A stretch of DNA of 64,000 nucleotides from Myxococcales bacterium (GTDB taxonomy: Bacteria > Myxococcota_A > UBA9160 > SMWR01). The translations under genes were made by a program, and so were the position numbers. The notes under the pieces are model-generated. The model searched no databases and was not told the origin of the DNA. It was given only the letters and a program-made list of their open reading frames with translations. The stretch spans positions 4,304 to 68,303 of the forward strand of contig JADFQO010000003.1 of the NCBI GenBank assembly GCA_022561775.1, written 5' to 3'. Of the stretch, positions 41,464-50,463 are shown one piece after another. Every line of letters starts with the position of its first letter. Position 1 is the stretch's first letter.

Positions 41464-41982
41464 ATGAAAGTGTACAACGCAATCGTCGTATTCGCGGCGC
41501 TTGCGCTGCTTGTCGTTGGAACGGCAGCGCAGGACGAACCGATCAAGATCGGAGTGGTCGATCTCGATCAGGCCATCAGCTCCACCGAGGATGGAAAGGC
41601 CGCACGAGAGGAGATGGCCCGCAAGCAGCGCGCGGCCGAGGCCCAGATCGCACCGCTCTACGAGCGTTACCAGGCGCTGGATGAAGACCTCAAGGCGAAG
41701 AAATTCGTTCTTTCCGACGAATCCCTGTTCGAGAAACAGCTCGACATGGCGGAGGTTCGAAACCAGATCGAGAACAAGGTCAAGGAGGTCGAGGGCCAGC
41801 TCAAGGTCGACAAATTCCGGATCCAGGAGCCGCTACTCAACAAAATGCGGAAGATCATCGCCGAAACGGGCCGCGACCACGGATACACCTTGATCTTGCA
41901 GAAAGGCGCCGCCGGCGTGGTCTACGCCCGGGAAGCCCTCGACATCACCGATCTGATCATCGCCCAATACAACAAGAAATAG
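41464..41982 (+). CDS. skp: OmpH/Skp periplasmic chaperone
   Basis: Signal peptide, KIGVVD, coiled coil, DITD. Confidence 0.9.
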   Translation: MKVYNAIVVFAALALLVVGTAAQDEPIKIGVVDLDQAISSTEDGKAAREEMARKQRAAEAQIAPLYERYQALDEDLKAKKFVLSDESLFEKQLDMAEVRNQIENKVKEVEGQLKVDKFRIQEPLLNKMRKIIAETGRDHGYTLILQKGAAGVVYAREALDITDLIIAQYNKK

Positions 41983-42015
41983 TGGGACTCGGCGCGGGCC
42001 GGCGCGAATCCATGC

Positions 42016-43137
42016 ATGCGGATCGCGGGCGGTGACCGCCGTGGTACCGGCCGCGAGCACCGCTGGCCGTTGAGGGATCGAGCAATGTGGCTCGACGAGG
42101 GCGAAGAATCGCTTTGGCGGGCCGCGGCGCGACTCACGCTGGCCCCCGCATCCTGGCTCTTCGGTGCGGGAGCCCTGCTGCACCGCGCTCTCTACGCGCA
42201 CGGAGCGCTGCGTTCGAGAGCGCTCCCGATACGCGTCGTCAGTGTTGGCAGTCTCGCGAGAGGCAGCGCGGGCGTCACCTTGACCGCCGCCTGGATTGCG
42301 AATGCATTGCATCGCCGCGGCCATCGAGTTGCGTTGGCGGCGCGCGGGGTGGGAGGAGCGCGCCGAGCGCGCGCTGCGGTGCTCGTGGTCTCGGATGGCC
42401 GCTATGTCAAGAGCCGCTTCGAGGTCGCGGGAGCCTCTGCGATGATTCTCGCCGCGCATTCTCCCGGGATCCCGGTACTCGTCGGGTACGATCGTTTCCA
42501 CGTCGGAGTGCGTGCAGCCGCTGCTTTTGGCACGGAAATTCTCGTTCTCGATGATGGGTTTCAATGTCATCCGTTGGAGCGCGACGTGGACGTCGTCGCG
42601 ATCGACGGCCCGTCGGGATTCAAAAATCGCTGGCTGCTGCCCCTCGGCCCTTTTCGGGAGCCGGTTCGGGCACTGTGTCGCACGGACGCTGTGGGTGTGA
42701 TCGACGGCCCGCTCGATGAGAAAGATGCGGAGGTTCTTCAGCGCTTCGGTTCAGGGGCCTTTCGGTTTGCGGCTCATCGGAGGCCGGTTGCTGTCCGACC
42801 CTTGAGGGGGGGCGCAGCCGATCCTCCCGAGGTGCTGGACGGCGCAGCCGTCGGTCTGATTTCGGAGCTCATTCGACCGACCTCTCTGCGCAACACCGTC
42901 GAACAGCTCGGTGCCGTGGTCGTCACGGAGCGGAACTTCCGGGACCACCACCGCTACGGCCCAAAAGACGTGCGCTACCTGTTTCGCAACGCCCCCCTGT
43001 GGATCACGACAGAAAGAGACGCCATCAGGATCAACCCCGACTGGATCGGCCGCGCTGACGTGCGCGTGCTATCCATCAAACTGGAAGTCGCGCAGGAAGG
43101 GCTGCTACTGGATTGGCTGGAGGCGAGCCTGCGCTGA
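42016..43137 (+). CDS. lpxK: LpxK-like protein with degenerate P-loop
   Basis: VVSVG, LDDGFQ..LERD.D, LLPLGPFREP, FRDHHRY, TTERD; Walker A region reads GSLARGSAGVT; start may be 42085. Confidence 0.8.
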   Translation: MRIAGGDRRGTGREHRWPLRDRAMWLDEGEESLWRAAARLTLAPASWLFGAGALLHRALYAHGALRSRALPIRVVSVGSLARGSAGVTLTAAWIANALHRRGHRVALAARGVGGARRARAAVLVVSDGRYVKSRFEVAGASAMILAAHSPGIPVLVGYDRFHVGVRAAAAFGTEILVLDDGFQCHPLERDVDVVAIDGPSGFKNRWLLPLGPFREPVRALCRTDAVGVIDGPLDEKDAEVLQRFGSGAFRFAAHRRPVAVRPLRGGAADPPEVLDGAAVGLISELIRPTSLRNTVEQLGAVVVTERNFRDHHRYGPKDVRYLFRNAPLWITTERDAIRINPDWIGRADVRVLSIKLEVAQEGLLLDWLEASLR

Positions 43138-43353
43138 AATCCGCATTTTGGCGGATCGGGTACCATCGAGTGCAGGTTCGGTTTTTTGGCGGTTTTTACC
43201 CAGAATCGACCGAGTATCGGGTGATTCTCGCCCGGGCCGGGTCGGCGAGGCCGGAGCCGAGGCGTCGGGACGGGTTCGTCACGGTCGCCAGGCCGAGAGA
43301 GTCTTCTTGAGGATCTTTGCGAAAGCCGCGATAGAGGTGACAGAGAGGATCTC

Positions 43354-44244
43354 GTGATCTTGAGCATGACGGGGTTCGGCCGGGCATCCCTGCGCCTGGA
43401 GTCGCTCGGCTTCGACATTGAAGTGCGCTCCGTGAATCACCGCCATCTCGACGCGCGCGTGCGCGTGCCGCGCATTCTTTCGAGCTGTGAGGCCGATCTG
43501 CGGGCGCGGATCCAGCACAGAATCGGTCGCGGAACGGTCGATCTAAACATCGCTACATCGGATGACAGCTCTGTTTCGGCTCGTGTGGATATCGATCGAG
43601 GTGTCGCCGAGGAGTACGGCCGCCTCGCCCGCGAACTGAGCGGCATCGACGGCGTCGAAGGTTCCTTGACGGTAGATGCCCTGATCGGGCTTCCGGGCGT
43701 GGCGCGCCTGGCGGAGCCCAAGTTTCCGGTCGATGAACTTCGCGACGCGCTGCTCGGCGAAGTCGACCGGGCCCTCGACGCGCTCGTGGCGATGCGGGCC
43801 TCAGAGGGGAAGGCGATCGAGCGGGATCTGATGTCGCGGCTCGATCGGGTGGAAGCCCTGGCGGATTCCATCGACCAGCGATCCGGACTGGTGTGCGACG
43901 CGGTTCGCGACCGTTTGAGAAGGCGAACCGAACAACTGCGATTGGATACCGGGTTGCTCGATGAGGCCCGTCTCCACCAGGAAATCGTGATCGCAGCCGA
44001 TCGCCTCGACGTGACCGAGGAGATCGTGCGTCTGCGCAGTCATATCGAACAATTTCGCGAGATCGTGCAGGCGGCGGGAGTCGGCCTACCCGTCGGCCGA
44101 CGACTCGAATTCCTGCTGCAGGAATTCGGTCGCGAGGCCAATACGATCGGCTCCAAGGGCAGCGACGCACCGATCGCCCACGATGTCGTGGAACTCAAGG
44201 CCGAACTCGAGCGCATCCGCGAGCAGGTTCAGAACATTGAGTAG
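43354..44244 (+). CDS. yicC: YicC family endoribonuclease
   Basis: [49 protein letters not shown]. Confidence 0.95.
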   Translation: MILSMTGFGRASLRLESLGFDIEVRSVNHRHLDARVRVPRILSSCEADLRARIQHRIGRGTVDLNIATSDDSSVSARVDIDRGVAEEYGRLARELSGIDGVEGSLTVDALIGLPGVARLAEPKFPVDELRDALLGEVDRALDALVAMRASEGKAIERDLMSRLDRVEALADSIDQRSGLVCDAVRDRLRRRTEQLRLDTGLLDEARLHQEIVIAADRLDVTEEIVRLRSHIEQFREIVQAAGVGLPVGRRLEFLLQEFGREANTIGSKGSDAPIAHDVVELKAELERIREQVQNIE

Positions 44245-44503
44245 CCGGGTCCTCCTGAATATCGGCTACGGCAATTTCGTGGTCGCAGCCCGGGTGGTGT
44301 CGATTGTCTCGCCGCAGTCGGCGCCGATGAAGCGGCTGCGGGAGGAAGCTTCCGGCCGTAACAAACTGGTCGATGCCACGCAGGGCCGCCGCACCCGCTC
44401 CATCATCGTCACGGATAGTGACCATGTGATTCTCTCTGCCATCAACCCAGACACCGTTGCGGCGCGTTACCTCCACGAGGGACCTCTCGGGAGCGAGGAG
44501 TGA
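44237..44503 (+). CDS. remA: DUF370/RemA family protein
   Basis: [39 protein letters not shown]; sits between yicC and gmk. Confidence 0.9.
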   Translation: MSSRVLLNIGYGNFVVAARVVSIVSPQSAPMKRLREEASGRNKLVDATQGRRTRSIIVTDSDHVILSAINPDTVAARYLHEGPLGSEE

Positions 44504-45156
44504 GCGCGAACTCCGCGAAGCAGGGGATCCCCTTCGTGGTGGCCGCGCCCTCGGGAACCGGAAAGACCACGGTCTGTCGGCGGGTGGTGGAGCGAGATGG
44601 GCGGATTTCGTTTTCGGTTTCGCATACGACGCGTCGAAAACGCAATGGCGAGGTCGAGGGTCGAGATTATTGCTTTGTCGATGAACCGGAGTTTCGACGA
44701 TTGGTGATCGAGAGCGCATTTCTCGAGTGGGCGGAGTACAACGCGCATCTCTACGGCACCAGCTGGAAGGCGATCGATCGCGGGCTCGCCGGCGGCCGCG
44801 AATTATTGCTCGAGATCGAGGTGCAGGGGGCCCGGCAGGTGCGGGCGCGGCGCTCCGATGCCCGATTGATCTTCTTGCTGCCGCCGTCGATGGAGGAACT
44901 CGAGCGCCGCCTCCAGGGGCGTGGCACGGACTCCGCAGAGGAGATTCGGCGACGGCTCGAAGTGGCGAACCAGGAGCTGGAAGCGATCGGCGACTTCGAT
45001 TACTCGGTAACCAACGACGACCTGAAGGGCTGCGTGGCGAATCTGCTGGAAATCATCCGCGCCGAGCGTGAGGGGTCGGTCGGCGAGTTGAGGGAACGCT
45101 TCTCGCCTGTGGCTGCCGCGGAGAAGTTCCGAGGCTCGCGCGCCCGGAAGCCTTGA
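44500..45156 (+). CDS. gmk: Guanylate kinase
   Basis: [22 protein letters not shown]. Confidence 0.96.
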   Translation: MSANSAKQGIPFVVAAPSGTGKTTVCRRVVERDGRISFSVSHTTRRKRNGEVEGRDYCFVDEPEFRRLVIESAFLEWAEYNAHLYGTSWKAIDRGLAGGRELLLEIEVQGARQVRARRSDARLIFLLPPSMEELERRLQGRGTDSAEEIRRRLEVANQELEAIGDFDYSVTNDDLKGCVANLLEIIRAEREGSVGELRERFSPVAAAEKFRGSRARKP

Positions 45157-45185
45157 TGGACGTCTGGCGGGCAGTCGGGTATTTT
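45157..45185 (+). promoter_or_regulatory. Putative sigma70 promoter of rel
   Basis: TGGACG-N17-TATTTT. Confidence 0.4.
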
Positions 45186-45223
45186 AGCCAAGCACCTGAT
45201 CTGTAAGGGGAATCTCGCGGCGG

Positions 45224-47374
45224 ATGCTCCGATTCAACGACATTGCTGACCGTATCCTGGAGTACAACTCCTCGTGCGACCTCGCGCTCCTGCAGCGCGC
45301 CTACGTGTTCACCGCCAAGATGCACGAAGGCCAGGAGCGGCTTTCCGGAGAACCCTACCTCGTCCACCCGCTGGAGGTCGCGGGAATCCTCGTCGAGATG
45401 AGAATGGATGACGTCACGGTGGCGGCCGGTTTGCTCCATGACGCGGTTGAAGACACGCTCACGACCATCGAAGAGATCGAGCGCCTGTTTGGCGAAAAAG
45501 TGGCCTTTGTGGTCGACGGTCTTACGAAGATCGCCAAGATCGAATTCACCTCCCCGCGCGAGCGCCAGGCCGAGAATTTCCGGAAGATGCTGGTCGCGAT
45601 GTCCAAGGACATCCGCATTCTCGTCATCAAGCTCGCCGATCGATTGCATAACATGCGGACGCTCGACTTCGTGTCCGACGAGGCGCGCAACCGCATCGCG
45701 CATGAAACGCTCGACATCTACGCGCCGCTCGCGCACCGACTTGGAATCCACTGGATGAAGCAGGAGCTCGAGGATCTGGCGTTTCGGACCCTTCATCCCG
45801 AGGCCGTAACCGAGCTCGAAACGCGCCTGCAGTCTCAACGCCAACCCCGCGAGGAATACATCGAGGAAGTGATCGGTGTGCTGTCGTCTCGTCTCCAGAG
45901 TTCTGGACTCAACGCAACCATCACGGGTCGGCTGAAGGAACTATCATCGATACACGCAAAGATGGAGAGCCAGGGCCTTAGTCTCGACGAGATTTATGAT
46001 GTGATCGCATTTCGGATCACCACAGAGGGTGCTGCCGAGAATGTCTACGCGACTCTCGGGACCGTTCACTCGATCTGGCGACCGGTGCCCGGGCGCTTCA
46101 AGGATTATGTCGCGCTGCCGAAGCCCAACGGATATCAGAGTCTACACACAACCGTGATTGGTCCCTACGGCGAGCGGATGGAAATACAGATACGAACGGC
46201 CGAAATGCATCGAAATGCGGAGTTCGGGATCGCCGCCCATTGGAAGTACAAGGAGGGGCATTCAGGCGATCCAGATGACGCCAAGTTCGCCTGGTTGCGG
46301 CAGTTGCTCGAGTGGCAGCGCGACGTCGCTGATCCGCACGAGTTCATCGATACCGTCAAGGTCGATCTCTTTCCCGATGAGGTATTCGTGTTTACCCCGA
46401 AGGGGGATGTCATCAACCTGCCAAAGAGCGCGACGCCAATCGATTTCGCCTTCGCGATCCACAGCGAGGTAGGATCGCATTGCGCGGGAGCACGCGTGAA
46501 CGGGAAGATGGTGTCGCTACGCCATCGGCTGGTGAACGGCGACACCGTCGAGGTGGTCACGAGTCCCGCGCAGTATCCGCGAAAGGATTGGTTGGAGTTC
46601 GTCGTTTCGGGGCGCGCTCGCGGTCGGATTCGACATTCGATCCGCGCCTCAGAGCGGGAGCGGAGCCGCGAACTCGGCCGGGAGATCCTGGATCGCGAGT
46701 TGCGAAAGCACGGAATGTCGCTGGCGCGATTGCTCGAAGGAGAGGATCTGGCCGAGTTGGCCGCGAAGGAAGTCCACGGCCCGACTGACGTGCTGTTCGG
46801 TGCGCTGGGCTACGGGCGGATCAACGCCGTCGATATTGTGCGCAAACTTCGCGGCGAACAATCGCCCGACCCCGAACCCGAGCGAAAATCGGCCAGGTTG
46901 CGAGGTCTGTTCCGGCGCCAGGCCAAGTCGTCTCCGTCGGGTATCCGCGTCAGCGGTCAGCGCGATGTGCTCGTACGCATCGGACGCTGTTGCGCGCCGC
47001 TGCCCGGCGATGAAGTCGTCGGCTTCGTTACGAGAGGTCGGGGAGTGACCGTGCATGTGAGGGACTGTGTCAAGATCTACGAGTTGGATCCCGCCCGACG
47101 GATCGAAGTGGATTGGGATTCAGACACCGCGACGCCCTATTGCATCAAGATGCGCGTTCGATCGATCGATCAGCCGGGCCTGCTCGCGAAGGTCACGAAG
47201 ACGATCTCCGCCGCTGGCGTGAATATCGGCGCGGCCCGGGTTTCGACGACCTCTGACCAGAAAGCGCTGCAGACGTTCGACCTCTGGGTCACAGATGTCG
47301 GGACGCTCAACGCCGTGATGAAACAGATCGGGAAGATCAAAGGCGTGATCTCGGTCGACCGCCTGCGGAGTTGA
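45224..47374 (+). CDS. spoT: Bifunctional (p)ppGpp synthetase/hydrolase
   Basis: HD domain (LHDAVED, ADRLHN), synthetase (RFKD, YQSLH, EIQIRT), TGS and ACT domains. Confidence 0.95.
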   Translation: MLRFNDIADRILEYNSSCDLALLQRAYVFTAKMHEGQERLSGEPYLVHPLEVAGILVEMRMDDVTVAAGLLHDAVEDTLTTIEEIERLFGEKVAFVVDGLTKIAKIEFTSPRERQAENFRKMLVAMSKDIRILVIKLADRLHNMRTLDFVSDEARNRIAHETLDIYAPLAHRLGIHWMKQELEDLAFRTLHPEAVTELETRLQSQRQPREEYIEEVIGVLSSRLQSSGLNATITGRLKELSSIHAKMESQGLSLDEIYDVIAFRITTEGAAENVYATLGTVHSIWRPVPGRFKDYVALPKPNGYQSLHTTVIGPYGERMEIQIRTAEMHRNAEFGIAAHWKYKEGHSGDPDDAKFAWLRQLLEWQRDVADPHEFIDTVKVDLFPDEVFVFTPKGDVINLPKSATPIDFAFAIHSEVGSHCAGARVNGKMVSLRHRLVNGDTVEVVTSPAQYPRKDWLEFVVSGRARGRIRHSIRASERERSRELGREILDRELRKHGMSLARLLEGEDLAELAAKEVHGPTDVLFGALGYGRINAVDIVRKLRGEQSPDPEPERKSARLRGLFRRQAKSSPSGIRVSGQRDVLVRIGRCCAPLPGDEVVGFVTRGRGVTVHVRDCVKIYELDPARRIEVDWDSDTATPYCIKMRVRSIDQPGLLAKVTKTISAAGVNIGAARVSTTSDQKALQTFDLWVTDVGTLNAVMKQIGKIKGVISVDRLRS

Positions 47375-47539
47375 CGCCCGCTTTCCCTGCTGCGAACGGT
47401 GGTTTGCCAACCCAGTACTTGCGAATGAAATTCAGGCTCAGGCGGGCCTCCGTGAGGGGAGGATATTGCGATAGCGGCCGAAAGGTACCCCTTGCGCTGG
47501 CGAATTCGGCTCATTCGAGCGCCGGATCTTCGAATTGTC

Positions 47540-47565
47540 GTAACCGGTCGCGACCTCGATCCGTA
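47540..47565 (+). promoter_or_regulatory. Putative SigF/ECF16-type promoter
   Basis: GTAACC-N16-CGTA upstream of yceI and the bufferin-like genes. Confidence 0.65.
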
Positions 47566-47652
47566 CAGGAGGTGAGAATCGGGTACCGTCACGGGAGAGT
47601 GCCCCCGCCGATCGATTGGAGGCGTACCGGTTTTTGAGGAGAGGATCCAGGA

Positions 47653-48246
47653 ATGAGAAGAAGCGTGACTGTTTCATGCATTTTTGCACTGGTACTCGGA
47701 TTTTCGGCAACCGCTCACGCTACGATTTGGAAGGTGGACCGATCCCACACCACGGTGGGGTTCGGCGTCAGTCACCTTTTCACCAGTGTGCAAGGAAGGT
47801 TCGATCGATTCGACGGCACGATCGAATTCGACCCGGAAAAGCCCGAGGCCGCGGTCGTCCGGGCAACCATTGACGCGGCGAGCATCAACACGAACAACAC
47901 GAAGCGCGATAAACACCTGAGAAGCGACGATTTCTTCGACGTCGAAAACTATCCAACACTCTCGTTCGAGAGCACTCGCGGTGTCACGGAGATGAAGGAC
48001 AATCGCGGTAAACTCGCTGGCAACCTGACGATCCGCGGCGTGACGAAGCCCGTCGTTTTCGACGTCACCTTTCGTGGACAGGGAAAGGATCCGTGGGGCA
48101 ACCTTCGAGCGGGTTTTGTGGCGAGCTTGAACATCAACCGCAAAGACTACGGGTTGAACTGGAACGAAGTGCTCGAGACGGGCGGGTGGTTGGTTGGCGA
48201 CGAGGTGGAGATCCGGATCGACGTCGAGGGAATTCTCGAGGAGTGA
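47653..48246 (+). CDS. yceI: YceI family periplasmic lipid/isoprenoid-binding protein
   Basis: Signal peptide, W.VD..H, SINT....RDKHLRSDDFFD, LTIRGVTKPV, DPWG. Confidence 0.95.
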   Translation: MRRSVTVSCIFALVLGFSATAHATIWKVDRSHTTVGFGVSHLFTSVQGRFDRFDGTIEFDPEKPEAAVVRATIDAASINTNNTKRDKHLRSDDFFDVENYPTLSFESTRGVTEMKDNRGKLAGNLTIRGVTKPVVFDVTFRGQGKDPWGNLRAGFVASLNINRKDYGLNWNEVLETGGWLVGDEVEIRIDVEGILEE

Positions 48247-48296
48247 TGCGGGCGCCGTGCCTGGCGCGGTAGTCCGATCTAAAAGGAGGAACGAAG

Positions 48297-48572
48297 ATGG
48301 CAAATGGCGTCAACAGAGGGGCAATGCTGCTGGCGTCTGCAGTCACCGGACTGCTGACGCTAGGAGTGCCAATCGGAACGGCCATGGCCGATCATCATGC
48401 CGAAAACGTGCATTGCTACGGCGTGAACAAATGCAAGGGCGCGGGGGACTGCGGCGGAAAGGGCCACTCGTGCGCGGGCAAGAACGCCTGCAAGGGGCAG
48501 GGATATCTGGATATCGATAAAGAGACCTGCCTGAAAATCGCGGGCGGCAGACTCACTCCCGAAAAGAAGTAG
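48297..48572 (+). CDS. BufA2-like bufferin RiPP precursor
   Basis: Signal peptide plus 6-Cys core CYGVNKCKG..C..CAGKNACKGQG..C...GG; AGGAGG RBS; adjacent to DUF692. Confidence 0.88.
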   Translation: MANGVNRGAMLLASAVTGLLTLGVPIGTAMADHHAENVHCYGVNKCKGAGDCGGKGHSCAGKNACKGQGYLDIDKETCLKIAGGRLTPEKK

Positions 48573-48582
48573 GGGTGAAGCC

Positions 48583-49464
48583 TTGAATGTGGGGCGCGCG
48601 GGTGCGGCGGCGAACTGGCCCAGGCTGGGGTTCGGCGCCGGCCTGCGCGCCGACCACTACGAAGCCGTTCTCGCGGGCTCGAAGGGGGTCGACTGGTTCG
48701 AGGCCATCACCGAGAACTACATCGACACGAAGGGCCGCCCCCTGGCTGTGCTCGAGTCCGTGCGACGGGATTATCCGATCGCGCTGCACGGCGTCGCTCT
48801 CTCGATCGGTTCCGCGGATCCGTTGGATCGGCGATACTTGAAAGCGCTCCGGGATCTGGTCGATCGAATCGAACCGGCGCTGATCAGTGATCACCTGTGT
48901 TGGAGCAGCGTCGATGGGCGCGCGCTATTTGATCTGCTGCCTCTTCCGCTGACCGAAGAGTGTCTGGTACACGTAGCGGAGCGCGTTCAGATCGTACAGG
49001 ACGCCCTGGGCCGCCGGATTCTACTCGAAAATCCCTCCACGTATCTGAGTTGGAATGCTTCGACGATTTTCGAGGCGGAGTTCCTGTCCGAATTGGCTGA
49101 GCGGGCGGACTGCGGCTTGCTGCTCGATGTGAACAACGTTCACGTGAGCGCCGTCAATCTGGGTTTCGATTCCAGGGCGTATCTCGAGGCAATTCCAGCG
49201 CACCGCGTGGCACAGATACACCTGGCGGGATTCACCGATATGGGAACGCATCTGTTCGATGCCCACAGTCGGGCGGTCTCCGATGAGGTCTGGGATCTCT
49301 ATCGGTACGCGCTCGAGCGGATCGGATCGGTGGCCTCCATGGTGGAGTGGGACGACGACATTCCCCCGTGGTCGCGTCTCGTGGAGGAGGTCGATCGCGC
49401 CCGACAGATACACGCCGGGGTATTTTCCACAGGCGAGATCGGCCATGCAGCCATCGCTGGCTGA
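48583..49464 (+). CDS. DUF692 multinuclear non-heme iron oxidative enzyme (BufB-like)
   Basis: GAGLR..HY, FEAITENY, LHGV.LSIG, SDHL, LLENP, LLDVNN, IHLAG, DAH, EWD. Confidence 0.95.
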   Translation: MNVGRAGAAANWPRLGFGAGLRADHYEAVLAGSKGVDWFEAITENYIDTKGRPLAVLESVRRDYPIALHGVALSIGSADPLDRRYLKALRDLVDRIEPALISDHLCWSSVDGRALFDLLPLPLTEECLVHVAERVQIVQDALGRRILLENPSTYLSWNASTIFEAEFLSELAERADCGLLLDVNNVHVSAVNLGFDSRAYLEAIPAHRVAQIHLAGFTDMGTHLFDAHSRAVSDEVWDLYRYALERIGSVASMVEWDDDIPPWSRLVEEVDRARQIHAGVFSTGEIGHAAIAG

Positions 49465-50233
49465 ACTCCAGCGCGCCCTCGCAGCGCGCATCGTGGCCGG
49501 GGAAGGGCCCGATCTCGACGATTGGATTTGCGTGCCTTCCGAAGCGGACCTCGCAGCACGTGTGGCGGTCTACGTCCAGGGGTATCCCGCGCGCATCCGA
49601 GAGGCATTGCGTGAAACCTTTCTCGCGGTGGCGCACATCCTCGGCGACCGATCTTTTGCGGCGCTTGCCGACCGCTATGCGAGAGGCGTACCCGCCGATC
49701 TCCGAAATCTCAATCTCGTCGGAGCGGCTTTTCCTGCACACCTCGAGTCGGACCGCGCGAGCGATGATTTGCCGTTCCTTCCCGCTCTCGCCGAGCTCGA
49801 GTGGGCGGTCGACCGGTGTTTCCATGCGGATCTTCTACCGGCGTTCGAACCTTCGGCCTGTAGCGGATGGTCTTGGGAAGATTGGGGGCGCGCGAAAATC
49901 GGGTTTCAACCCGGGCTCGCGCTCGTTTGCGCCCCGTGGCCGCTGCGCGAGCTGCGCGAGACATGCCGGTGCGAGCGGTCCGAGATCGATGTGGACCTGG
50001 TCGATCGACACGACCGGGTGTTGGTTTACCGACGGGGCTTCGAAGTCGTCGTCGAGTCGATCGGGGCAGCCGAGGCCGAGGCCGCCGAATCGCTGCAAAA
50101 CCGGGGCCTGCTCGGCGAAGTTACCGCGAAGCTTGCCGGTTCTGGCGCAGAGCCTGGATCCGTGGTCGGGTTCTTTGGCCGCTGGGTTTCTCTTGGGCTC
50201 GTCGTTTCTTGCGAGGCCTCTCCGTCTTCCTGA
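49445..50233 (+). CDS. DUF2063 partner protein (BufC/HvfC-like)
   Basis: LAELQRAL, RVAVY..GY.ARIREAL.ETF, LAELEWA; overlaps the DUF692 end. Confidence 0.88.
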   Translation: MQPSLAELQRALAARIVAGEGPDLDDWICVPSEADLAARVAVYVQGYPARIREALRETFLAVAHILGDRSFAALADRYARGVPADLRNLNLVGAAFPAHLESDRASDDLPFLPALAELEWAVDRCFHADLLPAFEPSACSGWSWEDWGRAKIGFQPGLALVCAPWPLRELRETCRCERSEIDVDLVDRHDRVLVYRRGFEVVVESIGAAEAEAAESLQNRGLLGEVTAKLAGSGAEPGSVVGFFGRWVSLGLVVSCEASPSS

Positions 50234-50463
50234 ACGCGCCCGCGGCAGATGCATCCATCTTCTCGATCCCAAGCAAGCGGAAATCTCGAGCGACGCTCGA
50301 TTCGCCAGCGGTACTCGAAGGCTCCGCAGATCATTCCTCACCTTCCTGTATACTTCCCGCTAGGTCAAACGCGAGGTGTTTCGCTGCGCGGTAGCGGGGC
50401 GTCTGGCGATAGCCATCGCCGAATGCATCGGGTGGTTCGAGCGTTTGGGTTTCGGATCCTCTG

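Noticed and set aside
47375-47640. Small ORFs or ncRNA between rel and yceI
   Set aside because: No recognisable protein or RNA motif other than the ECF-like promoter
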